Shown: positions 22,893 through 32,340, counted from the first letter of the stretch. The stretch: 64,000 nt of DNA from an uncultured archaeon (GCA_963782915.1 CAWALK010000015.1:96001-160000); one strand, 5' to 3'. The notes: generated by a model from the letters alone, not told the origin. Numbers and translations: made by a program.

Positions 22893-23920
22893 TCGCCTTC
22901 ATGCGCTACCTCCCAAAGCGGTGTCCCATCCTCAGCAAACATGCTTAGGACTTCGCCTTTTCGAGTAAGCAAGAGTTTAGAATTGCCTAAGTATCGAATA
23001 TGGACTAATTCTGAATTGCAGATTGGACACTTATGTTGAATTCCAACGTCTTTATCATCGTTGATTATCTCCAGCTTTCGATAGGAGCAAGCACCGAACC
23101 ATGTTGTCGCATGAGATTTTTTAGAGCCTCTTTGAATAGAGCAGTGATTTAACTGATACCAGCAAGTTCCGCCGACAGTCTTGCGTTTGTCTAAGACTTT
23201 GACAACCCAGCCGTCCTTTTTGTTTTCACGTCTTGTGATGCCTTCAAAGCCTTTGCAGGCGTAGCAGTCACCGCCTTTACATTTACGGCATAAACCGTAA
23301 CCTTCACCACCTACAAAGCCAAGTATGTGAAAGTGTGGACTCCAGCGCCAGCCAAAAGGCACACCTTTAATGCGTGCTTCTTTTCGATTGGCATAGCGGA
23401 AGCCATGAAAGATCATGGAGCCCCCGATTATGCCCCGATTAGCCATTAAACGAACTGCTTTTTTGCGTAGAACATCAAGACTTAAACCATAATCTTCGCT
23501 TCTGAACACTTACTACTATATGTTCTACTGGAAGCCCGAAGCGGTTTGAGGCTACTTTTAAACGTTCTTCCATTCGGTAAGCTTCTCTGACCAGCCCATC
23601 CATACTTGAAACAAATCGGACAAGTAGGTTTATCGCATGAGTGATAAATGGGTTTAACAAAAACTGAATCCTTTGCTAAACCCTCATTAAAGAAACGGGT
23701 TTGATTGTGAGCCTCATAATTTAGGCAGCCCATATATTTGTTGAATGTTCCGCATTTAGGGGATGTCTGTGGTCCATGACCGACAACCTCGTTTTCGCCA
23801 TAACTCCAGAAGTCATTTCTAATTATTGGTTTTTTGTCTGATTCGAACGGTTGATTATATTCAAGCCAAGCAGTTCTCTATTGCGATATTCTGATTATTT
23901 TTTAATTGACTGTTTTCCAA
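22871..23920 (-). CDS. HUH rolling-circle replication initiator (Rep), frameshifted as assembled
   Basis: Joined frames give a Zn motif (KCG..GC..H..SCDKPTCPIC), motif 1 EHIVVS, motif 2 PHFHILG, motif 3 WYQLNH and a C-terminal CPIC. Confidence 0.75.
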
Positions 23921-23996
23921 GTGTTACACCGAAACATTAAGTGCCAACCGTTAATAATAGGAACCGTATAACGTGGTAGAATTCGGAGTACATACT

Positions 23997-24626
23997 ATGT
24001 CCCAGCCTACAGAGGGAGAACATACATCAAAAGGAGTAACGGAAAACCAGTATTTGCCACCATTGCAGAAGCAAATTCTACTTTTCCTCGCTGAGAACCA
24101 TCCTCAATCTAAGATACAGCGTGTCAAAAGGGATGAAGGGATACTACAAATCGGTATATGACGCGATTGATGACCTCATTGAGAAAAAGATACTGGTAGA
24201 AATCAAAGAAGAGGAATACCGAAACCAAAAACACTTAGCGTATTGGCTTACACCCGCGGGAGTATTCATCGCACTTGTTCAAGGAGCCAAGGCTAAAACA
24301 GTCCTTAACAGAACAATCGCAGTTTATCCTGATAACAAGCATGCTTCAATGTATAGTTGAACTCACAACCATTCATAGGTACTGACGTACACCAGATAGG
24401 CTATCAGGCAATTCTCAAAAAAGGTAAATTAGAAAAAAGCGATATTTCGTTAATGTTGGGAACAATGCTTTTGAGGGAATTGAGTTTAGAGCAAGTTACC
24501 CAATTAATAGCTCTTATGAAAAAATATCCAGAGCAATATGGAGACTTAAAGCAACAAACAGATGAAACACTTGAAAAAATGAAGAAGGCTGAATTATTCT
24601 TTAAGGATGCTTTTGAGAAAAGTTAA
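23997..24626 (+). CDS. Winged-helix DNA-binding protein of element 1, split by 2 frameshifts
   Basis: LQKQILLFLAE...YKSVYDAIDDLIEKKILV...YWLTPAG; divergent from rep. Confidence 0.65.
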
Positions 24627-24659
24627 GGATTGACACCGCTCCGTTAGAGAGAAAGTGGG

Positions 24660-24691
24660 AAGCGAGCAACCACAAGGGTTGCCGCCGACTA
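24660..24691. repeat. Cargo-junction site B1
   Basis: AAGCGAGCAACCACAAGGGTTGCCGCCGACTA, preceded by TAGAGAGAAA. Confidence 0.9.
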
Positions 24692-24750
24692 ACGGTTTTT
24701 GTTTTTAATTTTTTGTAAATTAACTGATGACTTTTTTCTTTAAGGGTTGA

Positions 24751-26121
24751 TTAGGAAAGCGGGCGCTTTCTGTATTTATTTTCCTTTTTGCGATACAGCG
24801 CAAGAGTGACTAAGATAATAACAATTACTGGGACACCGATTATCGCCAATTCAATAGGAAAACTCGAAGGTGCATTAATGGTAAAATAGATTGTTTCTGA
24901 TGCATTCATACTGCCATATGTGTCATTCGCGTAGACAGTAAGGTTATGAGCACCATTTGAAAGATCGACTAAAGATAAGTTGTTGGTAAAGGTGACGTTA
25001 TTTTGACCGTCAAGGCTGTAACCACTCCAACTTATGGGCTTATCAAAAGTAATATTCAAGGAAACATTTGATTGATTATATGATTGATTTTGTTTAACTG
25101 AAAAGTTGATTTGCGGTGGAGTGGAGTAGCCGATTGGCGTATACAAGTCATTTAAACCGCTCTGAATTCCTCGAAACTCTTGAAATGTTATACCACCAAT
25201 TGTATAAATAAGATCATTAATATTTGCCACTCCAAAATATTGTCGCACATTAAGCATAGGTGTGCCTTCAGTCCAACTGTCGTTTTCCATATAATATGCT
25301 TTAGTAAGCAGTTCAGCACGTCCCTCGGGGTAGGCATAACCAAAAACGTAAACTAACTTGGGTGCTTTTACGCCTGCAGTTGCAGCGATGCCTAAAATCG
25401 AGTAAAACTCGCAAGGAGTGCTTGCAGTCCAGTTATCGGTTGCGTGATTATAAGTATATAGCACAGGGTCACGCGAGCGAGCGCTAACGATTATCTTATC
25501 ATTAAAGACCGTTGATACTAACCCGAATTCCATATAGTCTATAGGTATTCTTGTTTTTGTAGTCCATGTTTCATTACCGATATTATAAACAAATGTGTCG
25601 CCGACTTGGAAAATATAAATTGAGTCGTTAATCACTTGGGTTGTGCAGAAACCAATGCCATTAGGTGCAGATTTCTTGGACTCCCATATGCCAGAAGTTG
25701 TGTTATAAACCTCAAATGCATTAGTGCCGACATGAACTTGACCCACAAGACCATTTAGCGCAGGTTCGGTATATGATTGCATTCCAGTAATTCCTCCAAT
25801 GCAATAAATCAAGTCCCTATACGCTGCTATAGCGAAAAATGCTCGAGGCGTGGGCATGCTCGTTTTTATAGCCCAATTATCCGTTGCTGGATCATATTCT
25901 TCGTTGTTGCTTAACCCACCTATCATATTTACTCCCAATGAACCACCAATAGCATAAATTTTGTCGCCAACAGTAACTGTTCCTAATCCTGCTCTTGCTT
26001 GATGCATGGCTGCTTTAGGCATCCATGAGTCACTAACGGGGGTTATTCCACTAACAGGCGTAATGGCAACTATGCAAGCGATTAAAATTAGGGCTGATAG
26101 CAATATTGTATAAATTTTCAT
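24751..26121 (-). CDS. Secreted Kelch-repeat protein with Ig-like domain and TM anchor (cargo)
   Basis: Signal peptide, KIYAIGG/MPTPR kelch repeats, YSLDGQNN..GAHNLTVYAND domain, C-terminal TM helix. Confidence 0.88.
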   Translation of the reverse strand: MKIYTILLSALILIACIVAITPVSGITPVSDSWMPKAAMHQARAGLGTVTVGDKIYAIGGSLGVNMIGGLSNNEEYDPATDNWAIKTSMPTPRAFFAIAAYRDLIYCIGGITGMQSYTEPALNGLVGQVHVGTNAFEVYNTTSGIWESKKSAPNGIGFCTTQVINDSIYIFQVGDTFVYNIGNETWTTKTRIPIDYMEFGLVSTVFNDKIIVSARSRDPVLYTYNHATDNWTASTPCEFYSILGIAATAGVKAPKLVYVFGYAYPEGRAELLTKAYYMENDSWTEGTPMLNVRQYFGVANINDLIYTIGGITFQEFRGIQSGLNDLYTPIGYSTPPQINFSVKQNQSYNQSNVSLNITFDKPISWSGYSLDGQNNVTFTNNLSLVDLSNGAHNLTVYANDTYGSMNASETIYFTINAPSSFPIELAIIGVPVIVIILVTLALYRKKENKYRKRPLS

Positions 26122-26406
26122 TGCATCTTTCTTGAGCGATGAATAGTTATATAGTTTTACATTTTAGGTGGATCAATCAAATTGTGATTTTCAAATAAAA
26201 TATTTGAAAAAGGCTTATGAGTTGGTGCAAGGAAGCATCGCCCTGTGAATTTACAATAAAAGGATACTTGATAAATGTTATATTGGCGATTTTGAAAAAC
26301 CGCTTGATAAGCTTATGTCTGAACGTTTGAAGAAACAGGATTAAGGAGCAGGTAGTAGAATTTTTTAGCGCATGCTGTTTGAGCTATACTTCTGATACAT
26401 CTTTTC

Positions 26407-26548
26407 CTGGGACGGCGACATCATCCCCCGATGGAAAACACACCGTCCCCGACTAAAAAGCCTTGGGTTCAAAGGAGGAACAAAAGATGAAGAAACAAAC
26501 CCAAGACCCCCAACAAGTAAACCAACAGCCCCACGACATTGGTAAATT
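26407..26548 (+). repeat. att junction between elements 1 and 2, plus a remnant of the integrase 5' end
   Basis: Second copy of 20366-20511; integrase homology stops after ...DIGK. Confidence 0.88.
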
Positions 26549-26593
26549 TCATTGTCTGCTTACGGATAGTAGGCTAGTAGAGAGAAATGTTGG

Positions 26594-26625
26594 AAGCGAG
26601 CAACCACAAGGGTTGCCGCCGACTA
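26594..26625. repeat. Cargo-junction site B2
   Basis: Identical to B1; the stop codon of 26627..26965 lies 1 bp away. Confidence 0.9.
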
Positions 26626-26626
26626 C

Positions 26627-26965
26627 CTATAGGGATTTAGCGATTTTAGCTTTTTTGTATTCATTAAAGAAGGTTAAGGTTTCTTTCGCTGAGGTAACCA
26701 TTATGGTTTCGGTCTGAGTAAATGTAACGCGAGCCATATTTTCAGGCTCAAGCTCAAACTGCTTAAACGCCTCCATGCTGGGTGTCTCAAAGACAGCCCA
26801 TGAGGTATGCCCCCAGCGGTCAGTCCAAACACCTAAAACAGTTATACCATATTTGGCAGCAAGAGCGTCAATACTTTTCAACCAGCTCATCTTTATGTCT
26901 AAATTTCGGGGATTACCTAAAGGGCAGCTTTCAGGAGAGTGACTAATTACCTGCAAGATATGCAT
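26627..26965 (-). CDS. Small dimeric alpha-beta barrel (GYD/DUF3303-like) protein (cargo cassette)
   Basis: HSPESCP motif and GHTSWAVFETPS; flanked by B2 and B3. Confidence 0.65.
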   Translation of the reverse strand: MHILQVISHSPESCPLGNPRNLDIKMSWLKSIDALAAKYGITVLGVWTDRWGHTSWAVFETPSMEAFKQFELEPENMARVTFTQTETIMVTSAKETLTFFNEYKKAKIAKSL

Positions 26966-27028
26966 ATTAATAACCACTAAATGAAAGCGCTCAAATTTAA
27001 AAATGTAGCACTATAAAAGAGAAATCTT

Positions 27029-27060
27029 AAGCGAGCAACCACAAAGGTTGCCGCCGACTA
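27029..27060. repeat. Cargo-junction site B3
   Basis: 31/32 identical to B1; the single change lies in the hairpin loop. Confidence 0.9.
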
Positions 27061-27249
27061 AAGGACGCCCCGACCTGACTGGCGCTTCACCCATCGTATC
27101 TAAAGAAAGAAGAAAAATAATCACACTCTTTGACCCCTAAATCCTCTTTCCCCTATCTTAGGGAATACAGGGGACTTTTGGACACTAAAGGGCACCCTCC
27201 TCGCACCTAAGGACTCTGTTTTTGCCCTTTGCTAAAAAACTATATAGAG

Positions 27250-28719
27250 TCACGGACGAGTAAATGGCAGTTTTATTATGAATTTTGTTCCTTTGCCTAC
27301 TTCACTTTCAAAACTTATTGTTCCGCCTTGAGCTTCAACCATACGCTTTACAACAACTAGTCCAAAGCCTTGACCTTTAGCTTTAGTGGTAAATAAGGGT
27401 GTAAATAGTTTCTTTTGCACTTCTTTTTGGATACCAACGCCCGTATCTTCAATGGTTATGATGGCTTGGGTATCTTTTCTGCTGGCTTTAGCAGTTAATA
27501 TGCCCCCCTTTGGCATTGCCTGAATTGCGTTATTCACTAGATTTGTTAAGATTCTTCTCATAAAAGTTGGGTCAAGCTTAAGCTTAGGCATAGCTTCTTC
27601 GCAGTCTGCATTTGCTTGAATGTTATCTGGAATAATTATCGTTTTTATTGACTCAGGTATAAGTTGGCAAAGCTCAACTTCAACAAGGTTAGGTTGCAAG
27701 GTTTTAGAGTAGTCTTGCAAATCAGAAACAATCCTGTTAATGTAGTCAACTTGGTCTTGAATTACGTTAATGCTTTCTAATGTATCCTGTTTGATTTGAC
27801 TTTGCGGAGCTTCATTTATTGACTGTTTTTCAATATATAATTCACTAGTTATAGTCTGTAGTGGGTTACGAATGTCATGCCCAACCATGCCTGCAACTTG
27901 TCCAATAGTTACCATGTGCTCATTTTCTTGGAGTTGCTTTTCCATTCGTCTTCTTTCGGTTATGTTTTGCATGTAACCAATTATGCGTGTTGGGTTTCCT
28001 GCTTTATCTTTTAAAACCTTTGAAGCGCCTTGCACGATTATGTAGCCGCCGTCTTTGTGTTGTATGCGGTATTCATTTACCACCTTATCGGCAGAATCGG
28101 TTGGATAAAACTGCTCTTTGACCTTTGCCTTGTCATCTGGGTGCATTTGGCTAATCCACCAATCAACCGTATCAGGAACTTCGCCTGCGGTGTAGCCTAA
28201 AAGCTCTTCTAAGCCTCTAATAATTGTGATGCGATTGGTTTTTTGGTCGATTTCATAAATCATCATGCCAGCAGCTTCAACTACATAATTCAGTCGCTGG
28301 TTGCTTTCCACAAGCCAGCTGTCAACAGTTACCCTTTCAGTAACATCACGGGTTATCGACATTAAGCCGGCTTTGTTGCCCGCTTCATCTTTTAGCACAT
28401 TAATGGTTGTGTTATAAACTGTTTTTGTGCCATCAGGTTGTTGCTGAATGTTAATGCCTTGCCAGTATCCTTGATGCTTTAATGCTAAAAACGCCGTGTG
28501 CTCATCTTCTGGGCTAAACCATAGCTGCCTGTAAAATTGGGTTAGTTTTAAGCCGATGGCTTTTGCTTTGTCTATGTTATATCGTTGTGCTGATGCCTTA
28601 TTTAGGTAAATTAGTCGATCTTGGTTGTCGACCACTACAATGGCATCTCTAATTTGGTCGAAAGCACCAGTTTTCAATAAAAAATCTTTCTCGTTAACTG
28701 AAGCATCAGAAGTCGACAT
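27250..28719 (-). CDS. PAS-PAS histidine kinase (cargo)
   Basis: MHPDD PAS motif, GHDIRNPL, DTGVGI and FTTKAKGQGFGL. Confidence 0.92.
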   Translation of the reverse strand: MSTSDASVNEKDFLLKTGAFDQIRDAIVVVDNQDRLIYLNKASAQRYNIDKAKAIGLKLTQFYRQLWFSPEDEHTAFLALKHQGYWQGINIQQQPDGTKTVYNTTINVLKDEAGNKAGLMSITRDVTERVTVDSWLVESNQRLNYVVEAAGMMIYEIDQKTNRITIIRGLEELLGYTAGEVPDTVDWWISQMHPDDKAKVKEQFYPTDSADKVVNEYRIQHKDGGYIIVQGASKVLKDKAGNPTRIIGYMQNITERRRMEKQLQENEHMVTIGQVAGMVGHDIRNPLQTITSELYIEKQSINEAPQSQIKQDTLESINVIQDQVDYINRIVSDLQDYSKTLQPNLVEVELCQLIPESIKTIIIPDNIQANADCEEAMPKLKLDPTFMRRILTNLVNNAIQAMPKGGILTAKASRKDTQAIITIEDTGVGIQKEVQKKLFTPLFTTKAKGQGFGLVVVKRMVEAQGGTISFESEVGKGTKFIIKLPFTRP

Positions 28720-28982
28720 TAGAACACACAATAGTAGGAATAACCTGCAATTATTATTTTTTGTGCAAATTGAACGCCGTTAAACTGTGTGTATACGCTG
28801 GTGCTGCCGTTAAAAATTGAACCAAGCCGTTAAGACATTTTTCTGTGTGTTGCACCTGTGCTGAGGTTGTCCCAATTTGAACTAACACTTTTCACTTTAC
28901 CCGCCTGTCTAAAAGCGTATAACTGATGTAATAACAAGAAATTGAGGATAATACCTCAGTAAAAAATTACTTTACCCTAAGG

Positions 28983-29000
28983 CTGGGACGGCGACATCAT
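28983..29000 (+). repeat. attR: 18-bp core with the displaced host 5' end of the sRNA
   Basis: Core matches exactly, then the flank diverges; a minus-strand TATA-like AATTAATA lies about 27 bp before box C. Confidence 0.8.
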
Positions 29001-29911
29001 TCCCAATAGAATACGCTCCCCCGATATTATTAATTTTAGCAGGGATTAAAAAAAAGCAGGTTAGTAGTTGTTGCTGCTGTTGTTGCTGCAACCCTGCCCC
29101 CACAATAGTTGCAACTACTAACAAAACTTGCGCTTGTCTTTTACACTAAAGACGGCTATGGAGTATAGCGTATTTTTTTGCCATTGGCAGAAAGAAACAA
29201 CAAAAACAGCTAACGCACAACATACTTCCCCATCCTCATCCCATCCCATCTACATAGCGCCATGTATCGGATGGGGCAAAAAAGTCTCTTATCCCATCCC
29301 AACGCAAACACAAAAACAGCCCGAACCAAAAAACCAACCGCCCCCACAACCCACCCATGGGATGGGGAAACTCGGGGCGATCCCATCCCCACAAAGAACA
29401 AAAACAAACCCACCGCTTGACTTGCAGAGCACGCAGCAAAACAAACCACATCGTTTTTCTCAACTTTCCGGAAGCTAGTTATAAACCCTCAGTAATGAGC
29501 CAATCAGGGAAACCCACCGTTTATGTGCAGCCAAAAAAGCATTTTATCATGCGCCCACACCCACACAGCTTCAACATGGCGCCAATGTATCGAGTGTAGA
29601 GCAAAACATGCAGCCCACACTTAAAACAGGCATAGAAGAACAACCTAAATCCGAAAAGCAACGTAAACCGCAAACATAGGTGTGGTGTGGCAACATTAAA
29701 CGCCCATACCCACACAAAGAAGAAAAAACGAGACCACAAAAAACTAAATCCAACCAATACACCAACCATTCTCTAAGAGAAGTAATGTGCTAATCCTAAA
29801 AGCTGTAATTAAACAACAAGAATAAACACCGCAGATGAACCAACAAATACAAAAGTACTTCCAAAGAAAGGGAAAGCAACATAATCCCCTGTACACGGAA
29901 GCAAACGCTCA

Positions 29912-30172
29912 TTAAACGAGTTTTAATGCTTCGTCTCTTGGGATAGCTGTGAGGGCTTCTACGTCTGCGACGTCTGCGAAGGCGGGCATGAGTTTTATGG
30001 CGTCCTTCTCAGATGGCGCGTCCATGACGCATACGAAGTTGTAATGCCCCAAGGTCCAGTAAAGTTGTAGTTTGATGCCTTGTTTTTCGAGTTGTGCGTA
30101 GGTTTCGCTGAATTTAGCTAATACATCTTTTTTTACGGCTTGTTTCCATTTTAATAAAAATATGAAGATCAA
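29912..30172 (-). CDS. GYD domain-containing protein
   Basis: YWTLGHYNFV (variant of YWTLGxYD). Confidence 0.8.
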   Translation of the reverse strand: MIFIFLLKWKQAVKKDVLAKFSETYAQLEKQGIKLQLYWTLGHYNFVCVMDAPSEKDAIKLMPAFADVADVEALTAIPRDEALKLV

Positions 30173-30325
30173 CGTTTTTCACCTCCCAAACAGGAAGTTA
30201 AGGAGTTATCGGCAAGACTAGTTAGATTGCATGTGTAGTTAAAATTTTCGTTGAGATACCATAGCTAAAAAGTTATTAGTACAATCCGCAAAAAGAACAA
30301 GTATCCAATCAAGAGTTGAGCGTAA

Positions 30326-30823
30326 ATGGAATCCTTCGACAAATACCTACCTGAATACAAAAAACAACTCCAAAAAGGCACCGTAAAAGCCGCATACCAA
30401 GGATTAATGAAGTACTTCGATAACCTGCGATTGCAACTAAAAACCAAGTACCCTGACTATTTCTTGTCCGATGTCCATTATGGGCTGATGGATTATACAT
30501 ACATCTATTTCTTCCCCAAATCGCTTAAACGCCAAAACCTAAAAGTCGTCATACTGTTCACCCATGAATCATTCAAGTTTGAGGTTCTATTGGCTGGCTA
30601 TAATAGGGCTGTTCAAGCAAAGTACTGGAAACTATTCAAAGAGAAAGGCTTTAACAAGTACCCTCTTACCCAAACTGCCACAGAAGCGGATCGTTTCGTG
30701 AGTTCGATTTTAGTTGACAACCCAGATTTCAGCAATTTGGATGCCCTAACAAACCAAATAGAAAGCGACACCTTGAAATTTATCAAGGATATTGAAGGCT
30801 TTTTAGCTGAAACTAAAAGATAG
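30326..30823 (+). CDS. Conserved hypothetical protein
   Basis: Clean 165-aa ORF with GLMDYTY and FEVLLAGYN. Confidence 0.7.
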   Translation: MESFDKYLPEYKKQLQKGTVKAAYQGLMKYFDNLRLQLKTKYPDYFLSDVHYGLMDYTYIYFFPKSLKRQNLKVVILFTHESFKFEVLLAGYNRAVQAKYWKLFKEKGFNKYPLTQTATEADRFVSSILVDNPDFSNLDALTNQIESDTLKFIKDIEGFLAETKR

Positions 30824-31352
30824 CTTTGGCGCTAAAATCCAAAGCGTATCACCTAAACAGCAAACTGCCAGGGTTTAAACAGCTATTAGGGCAGAACGAT
30901 ACCTGAAGCACAGAAGGTACGTCAGCCTCTTTGAGAAACAGAATATACATGGATACCGTTAGCTGTAGCATGCGTTTGCAAAGTTTTAAATCAAGAGCGC
31001 CCCATACGGGATAGCGGTTATAGTAATGAATAAACAAGAAAAGAAAATAATTCCTGAAAAGAGTAAGCCAGTAATAGCTTTGAAAAACGTTGTTCCAATT
31101 GATGATTCTAATACACGTGCGTTAAAGAAGGGCGGTAAATCAACCAGCGCAAAATAATCAACTTTATTTCTAAAAATTCTGTGTTAGACGTAGGAAAGGA
31201 AAGTAATAGGCGATTTTTGAACACATGACGCTTCGATCTTATAAACGTATAAAAGCCAAATTTTGCAGAAAGCAGGTTATTAGCGGTTACAGTGTTGGCT
31301 TGACTGAAAACTTTTTTATCAAGCTAATTCACGTTTACCCACAGGGATCGAT

Positions 31353-31898
31353 ATGGCAACTACCAAACATGGCTACGACCACTATGAACTGCTAAGCGCC
31401 CTCCAAAAATCCATCCGCAGAGGCATGGAGTACGAAGCGGTTCATTTCGCAGTTGAATTGGAAGAATTCAACCCAACGATGCTGTGGAATCGGCTCAGGG
31501 TTATTGCATGCGAAGATATTGGTCCCGCTAATCCTTCGATGCCCGTCTTGATTGATGTTTTGCAGAAAAATTATTTGGCTGAGAAATCTAAACTTGCCGA
31601 AAGCTCATACAAGCTGTTTCTGGTCAACGCAGTGGTGTGTTTGTGTTTTAGCCAAAAAAGCAGAATCACCGACGACCTGCTTAACGTAGTCTACACCGAA
31701 AGGGAAGCGGAAGGCAAGTTTCCACCGATTCCCGAGTTTGCCTTGGATAGGCATACTGCACGGGGCAAAGCTTTGGGAAAGGGCATAGAAGACTTCTTTT
31801 CTGAAGGCAATAAGCTGGAGAATGAGGCATTCATCAACCGTTATACTGAGCGGTCAAAAGAATTGCTCAAGAAGTACAGCGAAAAATCCCAAAAGTAG
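31353..31898 (+). CDS. Stand-alone MgsA/RarA C-terminal-like protein without the AAA+ domain
   Basis: YELLSALQKSIRRG, WNRLRVIACEDIG and IPEFALDRHT. Confidence 0.75.
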   Translation: MATTKHGYDHYELLSALQKSIRRGMEYEAVHFAVELEEFNPTMLWNRLRVIACEDIGPANPSMPVLIDVLQKNYLAEKSKLAESSYKLFLVNAVVCLCFSQKSRITDDLLNVVYTEREAEGKFPPIPEFALDRHTARGKALGKGIEDFFSEGNKLENEAFINRYTERSKELLKKYSEKSQK

Positions 31899-31914
31899 CC
31901 CGAACATGGAAACG

Positions 31915-32340
31915 CTATAGATCCGTGCGCTTGGCATATTCACGCAGCCGTTGCAGTTGCCAGTCGCGTTCTTTGATTAACCCGTCTTCTGGATTGCCAG
32001 AGTGGGCAGCGGCTGCTTTTATTGCGTAAACTGCAGCGCCCATACAGTGTGTGGGCACATGCGCTGTTGCTACCGCTTGACCTGCCGCACGTGCAGCATA
32101 ACAAGCCGCTGAATCTTTCTCTGCTTCACGGGCTGCTGCATGGGAATCAAGCGAAGCCTTCCGTATCACAGCCATCTTAAACACGCCAGTAGCAGCCCAA
32201 GTTCGGCAGGCGTCAATGGCTTTTCTGGGTCTGTCATCGTTTGGGTATTTCTCTTCGAAGAATGGCAGAACATGCTCAGCGCAATCCGCCGCCCAAAGCG
32301 CCAGCTTTTTCTGGTCCGACTTGAAAGCCTGATGACCCAT
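31915..32340 (-). CDS. Imm5-like putative immunity protein
   Basis: WAADCAEHVL, DDRPRKAI and AARAAGQAVATAH. Confidence 0.8.
   Translation of the reverse strand: MGHQAFKSDQKKLALWAADCAEHVLPFFEEKYPNDDRPRKAIDACRTWAATGVFKMAVIRKASLDSHAAAREAEKDSAACYAARAAGQAVATAHVPTHCMGAAVYAIKAAAAHSGNPEDGLIKERDWQLQRLREYAKRTDL

Larger units (their letters stand above)
20366..29000. mobile_element. Island of two tandem integrative elements inserted in the box C/D sRNA gene
   Basis: 18-bp core CTGGGACGGCGACATCAT at 20366, 26407 and 28983; tyrosine integrase next to the first copy; HUH Rep inside. Confidence 0.85.

Noticed and set aside
20422-26548. SSV-type split integrase (intN/intC)
   Set aside because: The att core lies upstream of the gene and copy 1 is full length; the 26463 ORF is a truncated duplicate, not the complementary half
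24660-27060. B repeats as a CRISPR array
   Set aside because: Gaps between copies are 0.4-1.9 kb and contain whole genes; no cas genes in the window
24660-27060. B repeats as canonical integron attC sites
   Set aside because: AAC and GTT are only 7 nt apart, the flanks do not fit RYYYAAC/GTTRRRY, there are no L boxes, and the integrase does not look like IntI
29128-29769. Overlapping short ORFs in the A/C-rich gap
   Set aside because: Compositionally biased, mutually overlapping and without motifs
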